A DNA stretch of 31,424 bases, taken from a virus (lineage: Duplodnaviria; Caudoviricetes). This document shows positions 15,659-23,042 of this stretch, piece by piece. Positions within the stretch are counted from its first letter, which is position 1, and every line of letters starts with the position of its first letter. The notes beneath the pieces were generated by a model. It was not told where the DNA came from. It searched no databases and saw only the letters and a program-made list of their open reading frames with translations. Position numbers and translations under genes: made by a program. The stretch is taken from the IMG/VR virus record IMGVR_UViG_3300033109_000111, positions 1 through 31,424 of that record. One strand, 5' to 3'.

Positions 15659-18592
15659 ATGGCAGATAACCAAATCGACATAAAACTGACGGCGCAAACC
15701 GGCGAATTGCAGGCAAGCATTGAGCAGGCGGTTTCAATTTTGCAGAGTGGTTTCGGTACCGCGATGAATGCCGTGCAAATCAATCTGACGCAAATCGGCA
15801 CAGTGGTAGCGCAAAATTTCGAGCAGGTGACGCAAAACACCCAAGTTGCCATGAACACGATGGTGAGCCATGTGCAGCTTGGTGCCGGGCAAGTGGCCGC
15901 TGAAATGCAATCCGGCATGGATGAAGCGGCGAAAACTACCGAAGGCGGGCTGGGCGAGTCGGCAGTGAAAATGAAGCAAGGCATGACCGAAATCGCCGGG
16001 GCGGTCGGGCAGGGTTTGGCTACGGCTTTTCCCGGTATCGCCGGTTTTCTGTCGAAAACGGCAACCGAGCTGAACAATAAAATTACGGTTTTCAGGCTGG
16101 GTTTGGTTTTGCTGGAAGAGTTTGCCGGCGGGCAGATGACAAAACTTTCCGATGTGTTCAACAGCGGAATGAACAAGGTTGGCGATTGGGCGGGCAAGGG
16201 GGCAGAAAAAATCGGTAGCGCTGTTAAGGGGGCGTTTTTGCAATTGCCCGCGCCGCTTACTGCCGCGTTAAGTTTGACGGCGCAAAATCTGGCTGGCGGC
16301 CTCGGCAATATGGCGAATAACGTGCACGGCGCGTTGTCTCAAATGGCACCGGGGGTGATGGGCGGCATGTCCAAAGTTACATCGGGCATGTCTGGCGTGG
16401 TGGGCACGATGGGTAGTGCCATGGGCGGCGCAATCAAGGCGATTCCCTGGGCGGCAATCGGTCAGGGCGCAATCGATGCGGCCAAGCAACTGTATGCCGC
16501 AGCGGAAGCCAGCTCGAAGTTCACCAGCGAATCCGAGAAAATGGGTAAAAATCTGGGCATGAGCACCACTAAGGCCGCCCAGTACCAAACTGCGCTGAAA
16601 GGCATAGGCGTTTCGTCGGAAGACTTTAGCAAAGGCTTTTCCGCCTTTGCGGAATCGGTGCGCAACAACGGCGACGAAATGAAAAAATACGGCGTCGAGG
16701 TTGATAAGGTTAAAAGTGGCCAGATGACCATGGAGCAAGCCTTCATGAACGCCACGAAAGAAATGGATAAATATAAGGCGGGGGCGGATCAGGCGGCCTA
16801 CGCCAATAAAGTGTTCGGTTTGGATGTTTCGACTGTGACCGACCTGCAAGATCTGAATAATGCCAAGCTAGAGGAGGCGAAGCGCAAGCAGGAAGAGCTG
16901 GGGCTGGTGGTCGGTGAGAAAAACGTCGAAAACAACAAAAAATATCAGCAGGCTATGGCCAACGTCGATCTGGTCATGCAGGGCTTTCAGAAGACCATCG
17001 GCGATGCAGTCATGCCGGTGATTACCGCGCTGGCCGAGTGGTTTGCGAAGTACGGCCCGGCAGCCATTTCGATTTTGCGCGGCTCGATTGAGTACGTTAC
17101 GCAATCCTTTCAGGTGTTTAAAGCCTACCTGCTGGTGCTGAAAGAAATTGTGCATGGTTTCGGCGAGCACATCGGTATTGTGATGGGCACGGTCGCCAAC
17201 GTAATCGATCATGTGCTGAAATTCGACTTTTCCGGTGCTATTTCGGCATGGGATCATGGCTTTAAAGCGATGCAGGAGAATGCCGCCGAGCGGGTAAAGG
17301 CTATTGCTAAAATTGTCTCGGAAGCTAAGAAAGAAATTTCAGAGGTTAAACCGGCACCGAACAATCCGACCCCTGAGCCTTCGAAAACCTATACCGAAAA
17401 AGATAAAAAGGGAAAAGAGCACGTCCATAATCGCAAATCGGCTCCGACCGATCATCAGGGCAGCTCAGGCAAAGGCCACAATGCCGACAAAAACACTGTT
17501 CCGCCTGACAACAAACCGCTTGCCGATAAACCGGCTAGCAATACACCCGCTGACAACATCCCGCCTAAGCCGGCGGGGGCATCTGCTCCGCCGCAACAGA
17601 AAGAGTTGTCGAAAGATTTAGCTAAATTTCAGAAAGAGCATGATGAAGCAATGGCGCGCATCCAGTTGGAGCGCGAAACCGATGCCACGCTAAAAGAACT
17701 GGGGTTGATGTCCGATGCCGATGAGCAAGCGCGCGAGCGCGAGCGGCTCGATCAAGAGCTGTCGGCAGAAAAGAAATTGTTTGACGAAAAGGCAAAGCTG
17801 TACGAAGGAGATCAGGCTGCGCTGGCAAAAATAACGGCGGATAAAGCTGCGCTGGAAAAGGATTACGCTGACAAAATTAAGAAAATCGATCAGTCTATCC
17901 ATGCCGAGCGCATGAAAACCGTTAAGCAATATCTTCAACCGGTTACGCAAGCGTTCGACAATAGCATTAACGGCATGCTGAAAGGCACCATGACCTTTAA
18001 GCAGGCGATGGGCAATGTTGGTAAGGCGATCAAGGATAGTGCTATAAATGCGGCACGCGAAACGCTGAAAAACTGGATACAGACCGAGGCTAGCAAAACC
18101 GCGGCTACCATCATGGCGAATTTAACGCGCACTAATTCCGATAAAGGGGCTGCGCAGGAGTCCGTGCTTTCCACCGCATGGGCGGCAGGTAAAAATATTC
18201 TGGCCGCAGCATGGGAGGCCGCAGCCAATGTGTATAAGTCGGTGGCATCCATCCCTTATGTCGGGCCGTTTATGGCTCCGGCTATGGCGATTGGTGCTGC
18301 AACCGTTATCGGCGGCTATGTCGGGCGCATTGCCTCGGCGGCAGGCGGTTATGATATTCCGGCGGGGGTGAACCCGCTCACGCAACTGCACGAAAAAGAA
18401 ATGGTGCTGCCCGCTAAACATGCCGATGTGATTCGCAGCTTGTCCGAAGGCGGCACGGGCGGCGGTGCGCAGCCGGTGAACGTGAATATTTCCGCAGTCG
18501 ATGCCCGCAGCGTGAAGCGCCTGTTTATGGATCACGGCGGCGCACTCACCGACAGCATCCGCGCGCAGGCGCGCAACTTCCGCACGGTGTGA
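15659..18592 (+). CDS. Tail tape measure protein
   Basis: 977 aa, Ala/Gly/Met-rich and helical; MADNQIDIKLTA start; C-terminal SAAGGYDIP..LHEKEMVLPA..VNISAVDARS; lies between chaperones and Dit. Confidence 0.9.
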   Translation: MADNQIDIKLTAQTGELQASIEQAVSILQSGFGTAMNAVQINLTQIGTVVAQNFEQVTQNTQVAMNTMVSHVQLGAGQVAAEMQSGMDEAAKTTEGGLGESAVKMKQGMTEIAGAVGQGLATAFPGIAGFLSKTATELNNKITVFRLGLVLLEEFAGGQMTKLSDVFNSGMNKVGDWAGKGAEKIGSAVKGAFLQLPAPLTAALSLTAQNLAGGLGNMANNVHGALSQMAPGVMGGMSKVTSGMSGVVGTMGSAMGGAIKAIPWAAIGQGAIDAAKQLYAAAEASSKFTSESEKMGKNLGMSTTKAAQYQTALKGIGVSSEDFSKGFSAFAESVRNNGDEMKKYGVEVDKVKSGQMTMEQAFMNATKEMDKYKAGADQAAYANKVFGLDVSTVTDLQDLNNAKLEEAKRKQEELGLVVGEKNVENNKKYQQAMANVDLVMQGFQKTIGDAVMPVITALAEWFAKYGPAAISILRGSIEYVTQSFQVFKAYLLVLKEIVHGFGEHIGIVMGTVANVIDHVLKFDFSGAISAWDHGFKAMQENAAERVKAIAKIVSEAKKEISEVKPAPNNPTPEPSKTYTEKDKKGKEHVHNRKSAPTDHQGSSGKGHNADKNTVPPDNKPLADKPASNTPADNIPPKPAGASAPPQQKELSKDLAKFQKEHDEAMARIQLERETDATLKELGLMSDADEQARERERLDQELSAEKKLFDEKAKLYEGDQAALAKITADKAALEKDYADKIKKIDQSIHAERMKTVKQYLQPVTQAFDNSINGMLKGTMTFKQAMGNVGKAIKDSAINAARETLKNWIQTEASKTAATIMANLTRTNSDKGAAQESVLSTAWAAGKNILAAAWEAAANVYKSVASIPYVGPFMAPAMAIGAATVIGGYVGRIASAAGGYDIPAGVNPLTQLHEKEMVLPAKHADVIRSLSEGGTGGGAQPVNVNISAVDARSVKRLFMDHGGALTDSIRAQARNFRTV

Positions 18593-18607
18593 AACCGGCA
18601 TTTTCAA

Positions 18608-18957
18608 ACGGCTTGCGCACAATTTAGTTGTGCGATACCCTCCGCAAAACTAACCCGGAGGAACCATGCGCCTGCCTGCTTTGCTGAAAACCCTGCTGCT
18701 CGGTATCACCCTGATTGCCGCCCCCGCCTTGGCCGAAGACGCTGTGCCGCTGGATGCCAATGGCCGTGTGCCGGTCGGCTTTAAAGGCGACGATGCGGAA
18801 AAGATTTTTGATGCCATCGCCAAGCTGCCGAATCTGTATAAAGACCAGTTCGAAACCGAAGCGGAATACCAAACCCGCATGAAGAATTTCGACCGTAATG
18901 CAGTGACTTTCGAAGGCGGTAAAAACCTCGGCTCACGGTTTGCGTTTGTGATGCAAA
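18608..18957 (+). repeat. Cassette 5' repeat, copy 2
   Basis: Direct repeat of 14635-14984 at offset 3973. Confidence 0.95.
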
Positions 18958-19526
18958 AAAGCACGAGCAAACTAGGCGATAGTTATGATCCAGAAAAGAA
19001 GATGTACGATGCCAGAGGGACCTCGATCATATCTGCTAGCGCTAATGTCAAGCGTGGAGAGCGATTGATTGTTGATTTTTTGCAAATTGCAGGATTTGCG
19101 ACGAAATACACAGAAATCGAGACGGGAACTTATACGGGCAGCAATGCTTTCGGTGCGCAAGTTAATATTGAAAAAAGGAAGTCTGATTGGGTGTTGGTGG
19201 GGAGAACTTATAAGACTTCTGGGGGGCTCGACGAAAGCGGGTATTACGAGCTGTACCGTAAAGCGACAAATTTCTCGCTTCCTGCCGAAAAGGCACGTGA
19301 AGCGATCGGTGGCGGGGTAGGCAAGACCAATACCCGCATGGTGGTGATCGGCACATTCAAACCGCCGTTTGTCGAGCGCGGTTGGAAAATCAATAAGCCG
19401 ACAATGGATTACCCGGTTGATCGCCAAACCGAGGTGAAGGCGTTGATGATTAATATTGAAGAGATTTGGGTTTATAACGAGCAAAACGGCGAGATTTATA
19501 ACAAGGTTAAGGTAAATAGCCGGTAA
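18666..19526 (+). CDS. Secreted/periplasmic protein, paralogue 2
   Basis: N- and C-termini nearly identical to paralogue 1; diverged middle; 6-aa insertion GGVGKT. Confidence 0.85.
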   Translation: MRLPALLKTLLLGITLIAAPALAEDAVPLDANGRVPVGFKGDDAEKIFDAIAKLPNLYKDQFETEAEYQTRMKNFDRNAVTFEGGKNLGSRFAFVMQKSTSKLGDSYDPEKKMYDARGTSIISASANVKRGERLIVDFLQIAGFATKYTEIETGTYTGSNAFGAQVNIEKRKSDWVLVGRTYKTSGGLDESGYYELYRKATNFSLPAEKAREAIGGGVGKTNTRMVVIGTFKPPFVERGWKINKPTMDYPVDRQTEVKALMINIEEIWVYNEQNGEIYNKVKVNSR

Positions 19527-19542
19527 GTTTTGCCGGATGGAT

Positions 19543-19570
19543 AAAAAAGGCCGCTTGCGCGGCCTTTTTT
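19543..19570. terminator. Bidirectional intrinsic terminator after paralogue 2
   Basis: A6-GGCCGC-TTGC-GCGGCC-T6. Confidence 0.85.
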
Positions 19571-19607
19571 GTTTAGTGCGCAGGGGGCTATGCGCACCGG
19601 GCAGGCA

Positions 19608-19810
19608 ACGGCTTGCGCACAATTTAGTTGTGCGATACCCTCCGCAAAACTAACCCGGAGGAACCATGCGCCTGCCTGCTTTGCTGAAAACCCTGCTGCT
19701 CGGCATCACCCTGATTGCCGCCCCCGCCTTGGACGAAGAGGCTGTGCCGCTGGATGCCAATGGCCGCGTGCCGGTCGGCTTTAAAGGCGACGATGCCGAA
19801 AAGATTTATG
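19608..19810 (+). repeat. Cassette 5' repeat, copy 3 (shorter)
   Basis: Near-identical to copies 1 and 2 from ACGGCTTGCGC to about codon 48; offset 1000 from copy 2. Confidence 0.9.
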
Positions 19811-20481
19811 ACACCCTGTTCAAACTGCCCGAGCTGAAAAAAGACCAGTTTGAAACCGAAGCGGAATACCAAACCCGCTTGAGAAATCTGGATAAAAAAG
19901 CCATCACTTTTGATAACGGAAAAAACCTCGGCTCCAAACTGGTGATGCAGTTAAGGGTGCCCCGTAGTCTGCATGACTACTACAACGCGGAAACGCGCAC
20001 CCTGACGGTTAAAGAGGGGGGGCAGATTACGTTCGATATACATGCTTGGGACGATTCCAACATTTTGCTGGATGGCTTTATTATGGCCACGCAGGAGCAA
20101 GACTTGGGAAGCTATATCGGCAGCAATGCATTTGGCAAAGAAGTGAGAATTACCAAACGCAAGGTTTTTAAGGTGGTGGTGGGCGAATCGCGGCCCATAG
20201 GCTTGACTTCATGGGGTGGGCACGAGAAGTTTGACGAAGCGGCAGCACTGAAGCTTGAGCCTGCCAAGGCACGTGAGGCGATGGGGCATACCCGCATGCT
20301 GGTAATCGCCAGCCTGAAGCAGCCCTTCTTCTATCGGGGTTGGACGCGCCATGCGCCGACCATCAGCGAGCCGTGGGATGTGAATACCGAGTTGAAGGTA
20401 TTGCTGGTGGATCCGGAAGAATTGTGGGTGTATAACGAAGAAAACGGCGAAATTTATAAGAAAGTTAAGCTAAAAAAATAA
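19666..20481 (+). CDS. Secreted/periplasmic protein, paralogue 3 (most diverged)
   Basis: Same leader and KDQFETEAEYQTR, GSYIGSNAFG and WVYNE.NGEIY motifs. Confidence 0.85.
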   Translation: MRLPALLKTLLLGITLIAAPALDEEAVPLDANGRVPVGFKGDDAEKIYDTLFKLPELKKDQFETEAEYQTRLRNLDKKAITFDNGKNLGSKLVMQLRVPRSLHDYYNAETRTLTVKEGGQITFDIHAWDDSNILLDGFIMATQEQDLGSYIGSNAFGKEVRITKRKVFKVVVGESRPIGLTSWGGHEKFDEAAALKLEPAKAREAMGHTRMLVIASLKQPFFYRGWTRHAPTISEPWDVNTELKVLLVDPEELWVYNEENGEIYKKVKLKK

Positions 20482-20521
20482 GCGCTGCTTCTTGCGGGCG
20501 ATGCCCGTAGTGAAGGAGTGT

Positions 20522-20547
20522 AAAAAGGCCGCTTGCGCGGCCTTTTT
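20522..20547. terminator. Bidirectional intrinsic terminator after paralogue 3
   Basis: A5-GGCCGC-TTGC-GCGGCC-T5. Confidence 0.85.
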
Positions 20548-20582
20548 GTTTTGCGCGCGGGTGTGCGCTGCCGTTTGTTTTG

Positions 20583-20606
20583 GCCGCTCTGAGGAGCGGT
20601 TTTTTT
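20583..20606 (+). terminator. Terminator-like hairpin before the Dit gene
   Basis: GCCGCTC-TGAG-GAGCGGT, T run, then ATTTTCCGAGGAG. Confidence 0.7.
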
Positions 20607-20625
20607 ATTTTCCGAGGAGTGCGAT

Positions 20626-21660
20626 GTGGGTAATCTTGTGTTTCCGACCCTGCCGGGGTTGATGTGGGGTGTGTCGAAGACGCCGCAGTGGACGACGAAG
20701 ATTCAGAAGGCGGTTTCGGGCAAGGAGTTTCGTTCGGCCTGGATGTCTGCGCCGCTTTATACCTTTCGGCTTTCTTATGAGGTGCTGCGCGAGGGAAGTG
20801 CGTTTCAGGAGTTGCAGCAACTGGCGGCTTTTTTCAATAACGTGCGCGGTTCTTTCGATAGTTTCTTGTATTCCGATCCGGCCGATAATGCGGTAACGGC
20901 TCAGCAGTTCGGTACGGGCAACGGCGTGGCAACGCAGTTTCAGTTGGTGCGCAGCTATGGGGGCAATACCGAGGCGGTGGGGGCGCCGTTTATGGGTAGC
21001 ACGAATCCGGAGTTGATTACGAACGGGACGTTTGCGGCGAATATTAACGGCTGGGCGTTGTCGACGGTGTATACGCTGGGAACGGTGAGTTGGGATGCAA
21101 CGGGGGCGTTGTTGCTGACGAAGAATGCGACAGTCGGCGGGTTTGGCGCGGTTTCGTCGTTTCCGACTGTTCCGGGTAAGGTGTACGACTTTTCCTATTC
21201 AAAAGCCGGAGGAACCTCCACGGGGACAGTGGGGTGTCATTTGGGAACAGTGGCGAATAATGCAGATTTGGTGTCGGGACTTGGAATGGGGAGTGCGGCA
21301 GCTGGCACATATAGTGTACGGTTTACTGCGCAGAGCACGACGACTTGGGTGTTGTTCTTTAATAACACGGTGAGTACCACTGCGCTTTTCGATAACGTGA
21401 CCTGTAAGTTGGTAGATGGGCCAGTGGTGTATTCGAATGGAGCGATTGTTCAGCCATCCGGTTACTCGATTTCGAGTTCTACCGGGGCTTTGACTTTTAC
21501 TGCGGCACCGGCGGCCGGTGCGGTGTTGAGTTGGGCAGGCAGTTATTACTATCGCTGCCGTTTCTTGCAAGATGGAATGGAGTTGTCCGCTTTTATGAGT
21601 AAGTTGTGGGAGGCGAAGCGGGTGGAGTTTATTGGTTCTTTGTCGCCGAACAGGATTTAA
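20626..21660 (+). CDS. Distal tail protein (DUF2460/RcGTA g12-like) with inserted carbohydrate-binding-like domain
   Basis: SGKEFR, FFNNVRGSFDSFLYSDP, FGTGNGVATQFQLVRSYG, TGALTFTAAPAAG, YYRCRF motifs; about 135 extra residues in the middle. Confidence 0.85.
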   Translation: MGNLVFPTLPGLMWGVSKTPQWTTKIQKAVSGKEFRSAWMSAPLYTFRLSYEVLREGSAFQELQQLAAFFNNVRGSFDSFLYSDPADNAVTAQQFGTGNGVATQFQLVRSYGGNTEAVGAPFMGSTNPELITNGTFAANINGWALSTVYTLGTVSWDATGALLLTKNATVGGFGAVSSFPTVPGKVYDFSYSKAGGTSTGTVGCHLGTVANNADLVSGLGMGSAAAGTYSVRFTAQSTTTWVLFFNNTVSTTALFDNVTCKLVDGPVVYSNGAIVQPSGYSISSSTGALTFTAAPAAGAVLSWAGSYYYRCRFLQDGMELSAFMSKLWEAKRVEFIGSLSPNRI

Positions 21661-21663
21661 GCT

Positions 21664-22521
21664 ATGAAAAGTGCTTCTGCAAATTTGCTGGCGATGCTGA
21701 ATGGTACGGATACGGCGCATGTGATGGCGGATTTATATACGCTGACGCTGCTGGGCGGGACGGTGTTGCGCTATACCAATTTTGATGTGGATTTAACGGC
21801 GAATGGCGTGGTGTACGCTGCAAATAGCCTGAAGTTCCGTCGCGACCGGGTGCGTTGGATCGCCGGGCTGGAGGTGGATACGCTGGGGGTGACGGTGCAT
21901 GCCGGGCCGAACGATTTGCTGAATGGGCTGGCGTTTCTGACGCAGGTGGAGCGCGGGGCGCTGGACGGGGCTTCGGTGAAGCTGGAGCGGGCATTTATGC
22001 AGCCGGGCAGTACGCAGGCGGAGACGATTCATTTGTTCAGCGGCCGGGTGGCGGATATTTCGGCGGGGCGGACGGAGGCGCAGTTGACGGTGAAGTCCGA
22101 TCTGGAGTTGCTGAATATTATGATGCCGCGCAATGTGTATCAGGCTGGGTGCATGTGGAATGTGTTCGATGTTAATTGCACGCTGAACAAGGCGGCTTAC
22201 GTGCAGATCGGTACGGTTTCCGGTGCGGCGAATAAGCTGTGGATGCAGAGTAATCTAACTGCGGCACCGGCGGGGCATTTCAATCTTGGAACGCTGAAGT
22301 TTACTACCGGCGCGAATGCGGGCATCACCCGCTCGGTGCGGGTTTCTTCCGGCGGGACGTTTACTCTGATGCGTCCGTTGCCGAATGCGCCGGCCGTGGG
22401 CGACCAGTTTCTCGCGTATCCCGGCTGTAACCGGACGATGGAAACCTGTAAGGCGAAATTCAATAATCTGACCAACTTCCGGGGCTTCCCGTTTATTCCC
22501 GCGCCGGAGACGGCGGTTTAG
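21664..22521 (+). CDS. Baseplate hub protein (DUF2163/BR0599; RcGTA g13-like)
   Basis: LRYTNFD, GALDGA, PRNVYQAGC..C, PGCNRTMETCKAKFNNLTNFRGFPFIP with four Cys. Confidence 0.9.
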   Translation: MKSASANLLAMLNGTDTAHVMADLYTLTLLGGTVLRYTNFDVDLTANGVVYAANSLKFRRDRVRWIAGLEVDTLGVTVHAGPNDLLNGLAFLTQVERGALDGASVKLERAFMQPGSTQAETIHLFSGRVADISAGRTEAQLTVKSDLELLNIMMPRNVYQAGCMWNVFDVNCTLNKAAYVQIGTVSGAANKLWMQSNLTAAPAGHFNLGTLKFTTGANAGITRSVRVSSGGTFTLMRPLPNAPAVGDQFLAYPGCNRTMETCKAKFNNLTNFRGFPFIPAPETAV

Positions 22522-22539
22522 CAAACGGTTACTTCAAGC

Positions 22540-22561
22540 AAGCGCCCTTCGGGGCGCTTTT
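22540..22561 (+). terminator. Terminator-like hairpin between hub and NlpC/P60 genes
   Basis: AAGCGCCC-TTCG-GGGCGCTT-TT. Confidence 0.7.
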
Positions 22562-22598
22562 CTTTTGCGCGTTCGCGCGGCGTTTCGAGGGGGATGTG

Positions 22599-23042
22599 AT
22601 GGATGAGTTGGAGGCGCGCCAGCGGGCGCGGGTACTGGAGGTGGCGCGCGGTTGGTTGTGTACGCCGTATCACCACCGGGCGGGTATCAAGGGCGCGGGG
22701 GTGGATTGCGCGCAGCTGTTGATTCAGGTGTATGCCGAGGCGGGGGTGATCGAGGCGTTCGATACGGGCGAGTATCCCATCGATTGGATGATGCACCGCG
22801 ACGAGGAGCGTTTTTTGTGGTGGATGGAGCAGCATGCGGCGGAGGTGGCGGTGCCGCAGCCGGGCGATGCGGCGGTGTGGCAGTTCGGGCGTTCGTTTTC
22901 GCACGGGGCGATTGTGACGGCTTGGCCGGAGGTGATTCATGCATACCGCCCCGACCGGATGGTGTCTTACGGCGATGCAACGCAGGGCGGGCTGGCTGGG
23001 CGTCCGGTTAAATTTTATTCAATTTGGCATAAGAGGCAGTAA
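22599..23042 (+). CDS. NlpC/P60 family tail-associated peptidase (RcGTA g14-like)
   Basis: ARGWLCTPYHH, GVDCA (catalytic Cys), SHGAI, IHA motifs. Confidence 0.9.
   Translation: MDELEARQRARVLEVARGWLCTPYHHRAGIKGAGVDCAQLLIQVYAEAGVIEAFDTGEYPIDWMMHRDEERFLWWMEQHAAEVAVPQPGDAAVWQFGRSFSHGAIVTAWPEVIHAYRPDRMVSYGDATQGGLAGRPVKFYSIWHKRQ

Noticed and set aside
14693-20481. Diversity-generating retroelement (template/variable repeats) behind the three paralogues
   Set aside because: Differences are mostly third-position and not adenine-restricted, and no reverse transcriptase is present in the window.
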